The position numbers were made by a program, and so were the translations under genes. A model generated the notes under the pieces. It worked only from the letters and a program-made list of their open reading frames with translations. It was not told the DNA's origin and made no database searches. From Octopus sinensis (Eukaryota): a stretch of 64,000 nt of DNA. The stretch spans positions 37,572,001-37,636,000 of the forward strand of contig NC_043007.1 in NCBI RefSeq assembly GCF_006345805.1, in the 5' to 3' direction. This document shows, one piece after another, positions 13,298 through 25,819 of this stretch (its first letter is position 1; every line of letters begins with the position of its first letter).

Positions 13298-13656
13298 CTA
13301 CTGGAGACAGCAATAACAGCTAGACTCTTTGTCATCTCTGCCAGCATCCAATGCAGTACAGTAGTGACAGTGGCTGCGTCCATCGTCGTCGCCAGCACCC
13401 GAAGGGCACGAACTATGCAGGGACTCCCGGCTACACACACACATGCGGTTGGCACCAGAATGCACCGTTCGGAAAAGCTGCTGACACCGGTTGACATAGT
13501 CCTCATACTGGCGGTCAAGCTTGGTGGCAGCTGCAATCTGCTCAATGCGAGCAGGTACTTCAAGAGCCTTGGCACAATCCAGAGAGCAGGCCCAGTGTTG
13601 GAATGGGACACAACTGTTACCCAGATAGGGGTTTTTGAAAGTGATAACTTTGTAAC
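13298..13656 (-). CDS. LRR gene coding exon 5 (terminal): second half of the Cys module, helical segment, Cys/His-rich tail, CaaX
   Basis: Acceptor tttttcag|GT TAC (phase 1). (G)YKVITFKNPYLGNSCVPFQHWACSLDC resembles LRRC58 LPLMHYLCSPEC; ends SSCYCCLQ-TAG. Confidence 0.9.
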
Positions 13657-14148
13657 CTGAAAAAGAATACAAAGAAATTTGTTAATTAAGAATTGACATT
13701 TTATATCTAAAAAAAGAAAAAGAAATCAGTAAACTCATCAGATGACAAATGAAAAAACCCTCAATGGGCAAGAAATAGCAGGCAAATCTCCCTCTATTCA
13801 CACCCTCCTCTCTAATATACTATTAAATTTCTTATATCACAGTTGGAAAGATTTTGAATGTATAACACCTCCTACTTTCTAAACCACTATTTCTCATCCC
13901 ACCCCACCCAACCCTACCATACTGATATTTACCATCAACCCCACCTTCACCCTTGTCCCATTTACTACATTCACCTCTCCACCCATCTCTAATCATCTGT
14001 CATTTTCCTCTCACACTGTAATGAGCTTATCTCAATTCTTTGCTCATATTCTCTCTCATATACACATCCTTGTATCTTAGATCACTTCATCATCACCACA
14101 TTTGTCTTCTTCCCAGCTACTTCTCCCCCTGCACCCTTATATGATACA

Positions 14149-14405
14149 GGGCAGCCAGGAGCCTGCACCAGGCTCCAGTCTGATCTGGCAGTGTTTCTAC
14201 AGCTGGATGCCCTCCCTAACGCCAACCACTCCGTGAGTGTAGTGGGTGCTTTTTATGTGACACCGGCACCAGTGCCAGGCGAGGCTGGCAATGGCCACGA
14301 TCCGTTGGTGCTTTTTACGTGCCACTGGCACAGGTATCACAACTACAATTTCCATTTGATTTTTTGATGTTGATGTACTTGACTCAATAGGTCTCCTCAA
14401 GTACA
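14149..14405 (-). mobile_element. Interspersed repeat family D ((GAT)n-tailed SINE/LINE end)
   Basis: ctgcaccaggctccagtctgatctggcagtgtttctacagctggatgccc is shared with 57774-57904 and, reversed, with 38815-39036. Confidence 0.8.
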
Positions 14406-16839
14406 GGGTCTCAAACAAATGCCAAAAAACATTTTGTTTGATACCTTAACAACTGTCACTTTTCCACCTACATCAAATGTAACATATCATAACTACATTC
14501 AATGTTCTCTCTCAGCTGAATGGGTGTAAAGTCATTCATCTTTCTACTGGTGCAATGCACATCAAAATATTGCTACTCATTTTAATTTATAAACATGTGC
14601 TCAACAAACTATGCATGAGTTTAAATGCCATGCGTTAGCTTTGAATTTAAAATATTTTTGCTTGAAGCATACAAACATTATGGTCAGTGGTTGGGGAAAA
14701 TTAGAAGGAACATTGGTTACATTATGCGCAATATTTGATTTCTCAAAGAAATGTAGATTGTGATATTCTTTTCCCATGTATACATGTAATGTAAAAGGAG
14801 GATAAGAATAAGATAATTTAATAGATATGTTGTCCAATTGTCCACAAAATATATTTTGTTGTATTTCTGGGCAAATACTTTAATTTTTGTTGCTTCAGTC
14901 CACCAAACAGTCATAAATAGATACTAAAAGAAAATCATCAAGAAATATTTCCTTTCATACAAAAGCAGCTTATCTGCTTTATACTATTGAACTGGAACTA
15001 AGCATTGGTCCTTCTCATAAATTTTTAAGAAGTCAGACACTGAGTAAAAAAGTGTTCCATGCTAACAGTGAAAATATTTAATGCATAGGAAGATCAAGAA
15101 AGATATGGAGAAGAAGCAGTGAAGTCAAGTGTGAGCAAGCTGGCCATCTGAAACAACTTCTACGCATAACCTATGTAATTGTATCACCATTTGCTTCACA
15201 TGATACCATATTTCCCAGCATACAAGTTGATATAGTACATAGAGTAAACATATAGTGTAAGCATTCAAACATTATCACTATCTTTCCACATCTTGCTGCA
15301 TTTCACTTGGAATTTTTGGTCCTCCAGAGCTGTTCTAGTGTTTATACCAACTACTTTTGGGTGTGTATTTTGGCCTGAAAAATTCAACCAGTGTGCCAGA
15401 AAATATAGTAACTGGATTTTCAGATGAATCTGAACACTGAATAAGTGCCATCCATTGTGTTCTGTTGGTAACCAAATTAAGCCCAATATAAACCCACTCT
15501 ACATTAAATCAGCCTTGATGAGCTGCTCCACGACACATCTATCAATCCACATAGATGTCAGATGAGTGGCAGCACAAATAACATGATTATGAAGAAAACA
15601 TTTTCTTAAGTTCACTAAGCTGTGGCATTGAACCCAGGAACCCAGGCCTGTACCAATATTGATAACAATGATTATTAATGCTAGCTGAGGTGGAACGAAA
15701 TTAAGTGAAATGAGCTCAAATGGAAATTAAAAATGGGTTGCCAACACAATTTAACAGGAACTCCTTTCACTATTCACAATAATGGGATCTTTTCCCTTTG
15801 GGTTTTAGGATTACATTCTACCAGTATACAAAGTTTGAAAGTGTTTAGTTACAAAAAATTTTCTAAATCTGCCAGTCAAAAGGTAAAGATCCCAATAATG
15901 TATTATAATGCAAGTACCTCCAGAAGCCAAAGATTCTTTTCTGCTTTTTAAGATGCAGGCATTAATAAGAAACTGTCTTAAAACATGGCCACACTGGAAC
16001 TTGTCTCAGAGCCCTACAGGTCAAAGGGTAAATGTTTATCTTCACATGCTGTGGTTGTATACATAGAGGTTCCAGTGCATTCTTTTGCCTGGGAGTCTAT
16101 AATGCTGTAAAAATGGCCCTGACAACATTCCCAATATATGTGGTGTCTATTATCTGTCATTTCTGTAAAGTGAAATACAGAACTAAGTACACAAGCAAAA
16201 AGTTTGCAGTGTAATTTAAGTCAAACCCCATGAACAGGAGGACCTTTTATTATATCCGTATATCTTCTGTTTTGCACAATCAACTGCATGGAAAAAAACA
16301 ATTTTAAAATTGTAACATTTTTAACGAAAATACCAACCTGCCTGAGATTAACCCTAGTTCTATGATGTAAAACCCATCCTTTTAAAGTGTTCATATTTAA
16401 ATTAGAAACCTCCATCAGTAACTTCATGTATGACCTTTCTGTTAAGTTATGTGCAAAACACCACTTTAATATATCAAAAACCAAACCACTGAGGGAGCAT
16501 CAATGTGGTCACTCAACCTGCTGGAAATAGCAACCAAAACTCCCTCGAATCATATCCTACCATTTTTAAAAAGAAAAAGATACGTAAGATATTGTAGTAC
16601 TTATGTGGATACCCATAAAAAGACAGGCTGGTCATAGCTGGAATGCCTTTTATCATAGGTCTGCTCAATCAGGATTGAATTAGGACTGAACAAAACTAAC
16701 AACAACAATCAATAAATAAAAGTTATTCGCCTAAATCTCTATAAATTTTGGATTATTTTCCAAAATTAAAATATAGTCAGCATGATTCACGAGAAATAAT
16801 GACATGAAAAGGTTAACAACAAAAAGAGAGGAAACTTAC

Positions 16840-17359
16840 CAGGTAGATGTCGGAGAAGAGCCTGCTTGCAATAGTGACACAAGTAAAATTTATAATAGAG
16901 CTCTGAAATATAGTCCTTTAGTATGTCAGCAATACAGCTGTTGTTATAAAAGTCTATCTTTTGTCCAATCACAGACTTTGCAGCCCAGAACTGAAGACTG
17001 GCTGGCACCTTAGACATGGCAACGCCAAACCCTCCAGCTGGGATAATCCGATAGTTCACGTCGGTGTGGTACCACATAAATGTGGCTTTGAAGTAGTTGT
17101 GGTTACCGTGACGGTACACAGTCTCGATGGAGGGCATGGTAAGCAAGAATCCAGGGAGAGCATCCAGTAAGTTGTTGTCCAGCAGGATTGTTTTCAGCTT
17201 GGTGCAGAAGGTTAGCGTGTATGGAATTGCACTGACTTGCAGCTTGTTGTTGGTCAATGCCAGATATTCCAGCTGCTTCATTCGACCAATGTCTGCAGGT
17301 AGATGGTCCAAGCTGTTGTATTTCAATGACAAGTGTGTCACATTTGCACACTTAAAGAT
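16840..17359 (-). CDS. LRR gene coding exon 4: four LRRs, BC-box-like motif, first CxxC
   Basis: Acceptor catttcag|ATC, donor G|gtaagt. LRRs VTHLSLKYNSL, LEYLALTNNKL, LKTILLDNNLL, IETVYRHGNHN; VPASLQFWAAKSVI resembles a BC-box; LCHYCK. Confidence 0.95.
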
Positions 17360-17749
17360 CTGAAATGATTTTTAAAATATTACATTTATTAGTGGATTTT
17401 CTTGCTAATTATTGACTATTTTAATTTTAAAACAAAAACCCAAACAAAAGAAATCAAATATTGTTCGATATATAAAGATGAGAAAATAGAAGAAATAATA
17501 GAACACAAGATGAAAATATTGTAATTACTTTCCTTAGGATTCTGTGCTCGAATACAATTAAGTTTAACTTTGCGCTTTATCCCTTTTCTATCAATAAAAT
17601 AAGGGAGTGAAGTATTAAAGCCAAAGTGTTGACTAATATACCTTTTATTGCAATGTGTGGCTGTATACAAATGAGCAGGTTTAGTAGACAGAAACTGAAA
17701 GAAGCCCATCATGTGTGTGTGCCTGCACTTGTCACCTAGTCTTCGCATC

Positions 17750-17960
17750 ATGAGATAGTCATGATGTCATTGTTATATAAGTGGAGTGCCTCATTTCCAG
17801 TCTTCCACAAACACATGACCAGCCATGGAGAATTATTACCTTGCTTGGAAACAGGTGCGGATTAGCTACAAAAGGATACCTCTTCATAGAAAATCTGCCC
17901 CAATGAACTCTGTCTGACCCATGCAAGCATGAAAAAGTGGACATTAAAATGATGATGATT
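17750..17960 (+). mobile_element. LINE/SINE 3' tail fragment ending (GAT)n
   Basis: cttgcttggaaacaggtg...catgcaagcatgaaaaagtggacattaaaatgatgatgat; related copies near 37490-37715 and 56930-57120. Confidence 0.6.
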
Positions 17961-20900
17961 AATCGTGTGTGTGTGTGTGTGTGCGCACTGTATGTACATG
18001 TATACACGAATTTGTGTGTGTGATTGTGTGTATTTGTGATATCATGAAAGTACATGAATATTCAACAGACCATAGGATTGGGTGTTTTATTCTACTTTTA
18101 TCTCTGTTCTATTTGTGGAGGAAGATGCTATGCCCATAGTAAGTGCAGGCCCTCCAAGACCTATGAGAGTGATGCAGTTAGTGTTCCTCTCAAACAGATT
18201 AGGAGCTTATAGATTTCAACTTCAAGTGTCATATCTAGAGCAATTGTTCTTAACCTGTATAGCATTGCCCTCTTACTGGTATTGTAAGCTCACAAGGACA
18301 AAAAATGGTAATTTGATGCTACAAGAAAGTGGGGTTGAGTATTTAGAAAATTTATGATTTTTCTGCAAAATAAGGTATTTAAACGTTTATGTATTTCAGT
18401 TCTATATTTAAATTCTTGGGAAAATTTCAAACCCAGGTTCGAAATTTCCCCAAGACACCTGAAGAAGGCTGGAGGGTATATCAGCCAAAAGGTTGTGTTA
18501 ACAACAAACAAGATGAGGACAAATATCTGTCGAATGTAAATAATGTTTATGTATTTGTTTTGCAAAATTCTTGATATGAAACTGTGTGATGAAACCATCC
18601 CCAAGCATAGCAAAATATCTAAACATATTTTAAATACTTACTTGAAAACATTTTGTCAGGGCTAGAATATCAATAAGACAGTTTTATGCTCTTCATTTGG
18701 TCTTGTGTAATATCCAGAATAGAGATTTGAGCCCAGAACAGCAAGATCAACAAATTACTCATCACTTATACTGTACCATCACATAGTACCAGCTAACATC
18801 TAGGCACACTGGACTTGCAGAAGTTATTGGTACAGCTTATGGACACAACAACATGCTGGGCCATCAAGTGTTGTTTGTCTCTGCCAGAGACACAAGGCAG
18901 TACTACAGATGTGATAAGACCTGTCAACCTTTCAAATAGTCATCCAACAATATATCATCTCTACCAGCTGCAGCACCCATGGTACCAGTTATGTGATCAC
19001 AACATTCTGGGTCAATATCATTTTAATTTAGAAAACTGACTGAAGTATTGTACAAGCCATTTTTTAATTATAGCACAATTAAAAACCATTGTCTTCACTC
19101 TCCCAAAGCATGGTAGGTGTCTGGTAAAAATATTAATTTCTAGCATTATAAGATGGTCACACAGTTTGGTAAAAGTTTTCAGTTATATCGATCCTAGTAT
19201 ATGACTGATACTCTATTTTATCAAACCTGGGAGACTGAAAAAGTTGAGTTCAGTGAAATTTAAAGCCATAACTGTAAATACTGTAAGATATCTTGTCCAA
19301 TGTTTCAGCAATTTTGTCAAATAACAGAAATTTATGAGAGTAACATCAATCAACTGTATTTTCTATATTTATAGTTAAAAATTAAAAGTGAAGGACAGGA
19401 TAGTTTACAAGGTAAATAATGTTACTAATATCCAAAATCCAATGTCGCATATATTCAAGTTAAAAATTCTACTGGAGTCAATATTCATGAGAGAATAGAT
19501 AAAGATACAAATAAACGAAAACACTATATACTGGGGCTAAGTAAATTGATTGCACTGTCTTTGATATTGTCAGGGAAATAAACTTAAGACTGCAGGAGGC
19601 AAAAGCCTCAGACCTTTGAGAACTTCTTTGCACCAACAATATTTAGTATGTTCAAAGGGTAATTTTTCCGTTTATAATCTGGAAAGTGAAACAACTGAAC
19701 TAGGTGGACGTTGGTATAATAAAAAGGAAAAGAGATAATGTTAGGCAGTATATGATTTATACTGAGGAATAAAATGAAACTTGAAGAATATTTTTCTTTA
19801 AAACTGAAAGTTTATTTCAAAACTATGTATACATATAGAACAAATGGTTGACCTTACTATAAAACTAGCACCAATGACAATTGCAGACAACATCATTATC
19901 ATTGATAAGTTAACTGAAAGGGGTTAAGTTGTATGGGATATTTGTATTATGATGATGAAGACTACAAGTACAATTAACTTTCTTGTATCATTCTGGTTAA
20001 TTTATAATTCTGAAGTGTGCTGTAATGAACCAATGCATTTAATGAATTGTCTCATGTTCAGAGAGAAATGTTTGGAAACACTGTGTATGCAGGCATTAAA
20101 GTATAAGAAAATATTCTTTCTTCTTTGAGTTTCATCCTACAACATCACCTTGTAGAGCTCATGTATTGGTAGGCAGCTGTTGACTATAAACAATATGCTA
20201 TGGACCAGGTTATGCAATTAACTCTTGTGTTTGTATAGATACAATACTTAATTGCATGTACACATAAGTTAAATGAATGTTACTACGGTTAATATATAGT
20301 TGGCATAGACAAAATACTTAACTGTATAAATATGTTCTGATATATAAACATTCAGTTTCAAAAGTAGCAATTTTTTCACATTCATATTACTGCCGAGTTT
20401 CTGGCAAATGATGATTTGTCAAGTTTAGTGGTTTCATTTTTCAGATCATAAAACGAAGACCACCGTTCAAAGATTAAAAAAAAAAAAAAAAGGAATACAC
20501 GTTGATTAACAGGCTTATACAGCAGCGATGTAAAGTAGACATGTTCTGCCAAAATCTGCTCCAAAAACAACTAACATGTCATACTAGAAATTTCTATCGT
20601 TTCATGAGCAAGAGTTAGCCAAATCAAAAGACTAAAACAGCAACTCATATTCCATCAAGACACTAGAGAAGACTGAGCTCTCAATGGCCTTAACAAGTTG
20701 CTTAGCACAAGGTTAGCCCCCACCGAGAAGACCTACGATCCAAAATGCCGTCATGTTTAATCTCGTCTCTATTCAGGCATTGTATACTCCAGACTATATT
20801 ATACGATGTATTCTTGTTTATTTATTTATTTTTACTTTTTCTTTCAAAACGAATCTTTGGAGTTACAACAGTAAAACTGACATGTATTGCGTTGGTTTGC

Positions 20901-21179
20901 TGCTTTGGGTGTAACTCAACAGGGACTGGCTCTGACAGGCCGACATACTATAATAGAGACACTGATAAAAAAAAAAAAGTCCTCAATATGGATCAATGAT
21001 CAAAATGGCATACAGAAAGTTTCTAACCATCACCGCCATCACTATAGTTTATTTTCATTATAAAAGTGTACTTTAGATACCAGAAAGGTTTATAAATTAA
21101 CAAGATCGTGGACCCTATTATAAATGGGTTGGTAGATTTATTTGCCGATACATATGCTCTATCATTAATACGCCTCCAC

Positions 21180-21620
21180 CTATCAGCTGTATACGTACAT
21201 CACGTCCTTCCTCCGTTTCACCCACTCACCTGTGTGTCTTATGATGCAACATAACCGGGAGTAAGAGAGGGGGAAGGGGAGAGAAACAGACAAACAGACA
21301 GACACACGTGAGGCCGGACAGACAGTGATTAGAAAGGGGGCGGGAGTTTGTTTAGCCTGTCTTGAAATAGTCAAACCTAGCCTAAATAACGGACATGGAA
21401 CCCAACAAGCAAAGGGATAAAAGGCTTTCAGATCAGAAACCCCACTTTTACCCAGACAGTTGGTCGTGCTCGCCCCGAACATAAACAAGTAAAAACTGTC
21501 ACGAGACACGAGTCTAAGAAAAGGTAACTAGAAAGTAGAATAACAGAATGAGTGATTACCTCCCTTGGTAGCCGGTTGTCGTCGCCGTATTTGAATATGC
21601 TATCCAAATGAAATTCTGTA
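21180..21620. promoter_or_regulatory. Local CpG-retaining segment with GC-box and E-box, adjoining exon 3
   Basis: CpGs are dense relative to the flanks; cacgtg at 21305-21310, gggggcggg at 21346-21354. Confidence 0.35.
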
Positions 21621-21657
21621 AACTGGTAATAGTTCAGATACAATGATAGCAAAGTTT
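21560..21657 (-). CDS. LRR gene coding exon 3 (degenerate LRR/cap)
   Basis: Acceptor ttttatttccag|AA (phase 1), donor GAG|gtaatc (phase 0); (E)TLLSLYLNYYQFTEFHLDSIFKYGDDNRLPRE. An alternative in-frame acceptor (tttacag|AA) lies 42 nt further into the exon. Confidence 0.8.
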
Positions 21658-21695
21658 CTGGAAATAAAAGCATAATAATTATTTTTTTTCCATCT

Positions 21696-21744
<49 letters not shown>

Positions 21745-21747
<3 letters not shown>

Positions 21748-21830
21748 TAAATTAGAGATAAAACCACTATTAGGCAAATCATACAATGAAAAACTTAAGC
21801 CAATACATAAGATTAATTAATTTATATTAT
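21745..21830. repeat. Dispersed (TA)n-embedded repeat, copy 2
   Basis: Matches 810-890; TA runs on both sides. Confidence 0.7.
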
Positions 21831-21849
21831 TTTAAATATATATCAAAAT

Positions 21850-21893
<44 letters not shown>

Positions 21894-23435
21894 TATTTTC
21901 ACATATAACATAAAGATGTACACCTTTTAAAACATTGTCATTTTAAAAGATTTTGCTGGCAACTTTTTAAATTAACATAAACATTTATTTACATGGAGAA
22001 CTTTTATTAACAAGTCAGTTTAGTAAAGAAATCGAAGAGGACATGACGAAATAAGGCCTTTAATTGTTTTCAATAGAAAAATAACATAACTTAGAAAATA
22101 CAACTTTATTTAAGGGAAAAAAATGGTAGAAGCTAGAAAGAAACAGGATTATTTTTAGAAGAGATAAATGGTAGAATGTGACATACTTCTCCCAGAGCAT
22201 GAATGAACACTACTGAAACTTCAAGTGGAACTAACTAGGTATTAAACTAAAATCCTACAGAATGCTTGTTCAAACCAAATTTCTTGGTCAAATTTCTAGA
22301 ATATTCAGATGCTGAGTAGCTGAATTCCAAACCTTAACGATCTGAAAACAATATAGGCCTCAACAGTTTTAATCAATGTTTTATTCAACTTATAAATGAA
22401 ATAACAGAATCAGTTACCCAACTTTTCATAATTAGAAGGATCTGTCAGTAAAAGTTTGAGCATGGACAAAACATTGGAAGAATGATTGAGTACAAGTTAC
22501 CATCTTTACACCAGCAGGCTTTTTTTTTCCTTTTTCCCTCTATTTGATAAGTTTGGAAGAAAGGACAGTACCGATGACATTTGCAGGCCTTCTGAGAACA
22601 GTGAGGTTTATACCTTTCATGTTCCATTCAAACAATTGCAGGTCATCAGCTCCAGAAAAGATATGAGAACAGAGAAGATTCCAGAGGGATGAAATTCTGG
22701 GAAGGAAGGACTGAGAATGGTAGTTAGTGCAGGGCCTTGGGAAGGGTGACAAAGGTGACAAGAGGTAGAGAGATGAACAGGCCAGGAGTACCTGAGTAGC
22801 CAGCACAGTAGTGGGCCACAGGCTGGACCATGTTCCTTAACCCTTTAGTGTTCGCATTATTCTGCCAAAATTAATCCTTTTTTATCCACATTGCCTTGAA
22901 CTAATTAGGCATTATCTTGTAGCTATGAGATTTTGATGGGGTAGCTGTTAATTTTTAAAACGATATTGTAGGGCTGGTGTGAGAGACCAGATCTGGTCAA
23001 TTTGAACATAAAACAGGTAGAATACTTTTGGCCGGATATGGCCAGTTTAAATGCTAAAGGGTTAATGATTGAATACGCATCAGCTAAGTCACTCAGTTGA
23101 GATGTAATCTAAGATGTATCAGTGCTTCGCTATGGTTTACTCTTTGGGAACTAAAACACTGCTTCATCATCATCATCATCTATTAAAATCATTCATAATT
23201 CTTGGATAGAGAGAAAGCCAGATATCCATAAGATAAAGTGCGTAAATCAACTAAATTAATTTCTGATATATGACTGATAATTATTCTATCGATTCTTGAA
23301 ATGATGAATGGGTGATTATTGGAATCAATGAAATAGAATACTAGACAAGTATTTGTGTTGAATTAATTCAGTTTCCTCCCACAAATGTGATGACCTTACG
23401 ATAATGTTAAAAATCATTATTACTGTTACAAACAA

Positions 23436-25235
23436 GGGGGAAAGCTGACAGAATCATTACTACACTGGACAAAATGCTTGGCAGCATTTTGTCTAGCTTT
23501 ACATTCTGAGTTCAAATGTCGCCAAGGTCAATTTTACTTTCCATCCTTTTGTGGTCCATAACATAAGTACCAGTTGAGTACTAGAATTTATGTAATCGAC
23601 TAGCTCCCTCCTACAAAATTACAGGCTTTATGCCAATTGTAGAAAGGATTATTACTGTTACAAACTGAAAAAAAAAGTCCAGTTAAGACCAGATTATGAT
23701 CAACTATAATGGAAGCAGCTTTTGTTGTTGATGCCTTAGGTAAATGATATATAATTATATTTTTGCTCACCCTGTAAAACTGAAGATAGTTACACTATCT
23801 TATAAACTCTACCATACTTTACGGTATTTCCTAATAATGATTTCTGATTGAGGTATGAAGCCAGCAGTTTTCGAGGGCTTCATATTTTACTTTATTGACT
23901 ACAAAATGATGAAAGGCAAAAATCAACCTCGGCAGAATTTGAACCCAGAACATTAAGCAGGAAGAATTGCTGCTATGCATTTTGTCCAGTGTGCTAATGA
24001 TTCTGCCAACTCACTGCCTTTAATGGTTTCAGATTTTGCTACAAGGCCAGCAATTTTAAGGGATGGGGTAAGTTGATTACATTGACCCCAAGTGTCCAAA
24101 TGGTATTTATTTTATCAACACTTAAAGGATGAAAGGCAAAGTCCACCTCAGCAGAATTTGAACCCAGAACATATAGAACCAGAAGATATTCTGGTAAGCA
24201 CTTTGTCAAACTTGTTTATGATTCTACCAGTTTGCTGCCTCAATAATAATAAATATTATTATTATTATTACTATTATTATTTAAGGCAGCGAGCTGGCAA
24301 AATTGTTAGCACGCTGAATGAAATGCTTAGCGGTATTTCGCCCATCGCTATGTTCCGAGTTCAAATTCCTCCCAGGTCGACTTTGCTTTTCATCCTTTTA
24401 GGGTTGATAAATTAAGTACCAGTGAAACACTGGGGTCAATGTGATCGACTAATTCACTCCCACCAAATTTCAGGCTTTGTGTTTGAAAGGATAATTATTA
24501 TTATTATTATTATTTGAGGATGATCTCTGGCTTAACATCCATGCAGGAGGTGCAAAAGATTGTCTTAACTGGTATGTCACATATATTGAGAAGAGCTTTG
24601 TCGCTGTGAATTTTCTTTCCTTTGTCCCTTATTTTCTTTGTTTTCTTTTTCTCCATCTTTCTTCCCATTTTCTCCTATCACATGACAATCTAGTGTGTTT
24701 ATTTTCATTGCCTACCAGTGTATAGAGTGAGTTTCTTTACCCTAGATGTTGGGAAGACACAGGACAAAAAATGGAAACAAAATTGAAAGAATATTATAAT
24801 AACAATGGTTTCAAATTTTGCCACAAGGGCAGCAATTTGGGGGGAGGGGATAAGTCGATTACATTGACCCCAGTGTTCAACTGGTACTTATTTTATCAAC
24901 CCCTAAAGGATGAAAGGTAAAGTCAACCTTGGCGGAATTTGAACTCAGACATAGTGATAGGCAAAATACCGCTAAGCATTTCGTCCAGCACACCAACAAT
25001 TCTGTCAGCTTACCACTTTCTACTAAAGGCACAAGGCCATCAATTTTAAGAGAGGGAATAGGTCAATTTCATCAACTTCAGCACTTGAATGATGCTTATT
25101 TTATCAACCTCAAAACAATGAAAAGCAAAATAAACTTCAGTGGAATTTAAACTCAGAACATAAAGTGCCAGAAGAAATACTGTTAACCATTTTGTCCAAT
25201 GCACTAACGATTCTACCAGCTCACCACCATCTCAA
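23436..25235. mobile_element. Cluster of six SINE-B copies in mixed orientation (+,-,-,+,-,-)
   Basis: Heads and cores at about 23436(+), 23850-24020(-), 24025-24240(-), 24283-24490(+), 24785-25015(-), 25015-25235(-), separated by (ATT)n. Confidence 0.8.
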
Positions 25236-25393
25236 TAATAATTAGAATAATAACAATATGTCTTAGCTGGATGCAAAGTTTCAGATTTATTTTTACTAAG
25301 CCCAATGTTAGCTTACATTGACATAATATCACAAATTTGAAGAAAAGATGTTGAAACAATTGAATCACCCCAGCATTACACTGGTACCTTTTT

Positions 25394-25819
25394 GGTGCTA
25401 CTTTAGTGTGCGGTCTACCACAGTATTCTGTCTATGCTGTGAAATTACTTTTAGTGTCCGGTCTACCTTTTCTTACCCTCTTAACCTGAGTTAATTTTAA
25501 CCATTACAAAGCTGTTAAAGGATTTCTATAGATACATAGATTTGTTTGCGGCATTCCTAAATGATGTACAAAGCGTGTATTGTTAATTAAGATTTAAGTG
25601 TAAGTTATTAATAAATCATTATTCAACATTATTCAATTTGTTTTTATCATCCTGTGGTATAAAGTTCTTATAGTGGAGGTACATCGCATGCTAAAGTATA
25701 AAATGGGTAAGAAAAGGGAGACCACATGCTACACGTAATTTTACAGCGTAGACAGGATACTGTGGTAGACCACACACTAAAGTAGGATACTGCAGTAGAC
25801 CACACGCTAAAGTAGCACC
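25394..25819. mobile_element. MITE with TIRs of about 85 bp (ggtgctactttag...ctaaagtagcacc)
   Basis: 25394-25480 is the reverse complement of 25707-25819 apart from an extra 30-bp unit in the right arm; both flanks read cttttt (possible TSD). Confidence 0.75.

Noticed and set aside
13040-13660. 206-aa + strand ORF and 136-aa - strand ORF overlapping exon 5
   Set aside because: Shadow ORFs of the real exon plus CT repeats; no recognisable motifs; non-ATG starts
18290-18613. - strand ORF with LRR-like IYPPAFFRCLGEISNLGLKF
   Set aside because: No suitable splice sites, and exons 3 and 4 already join in phase
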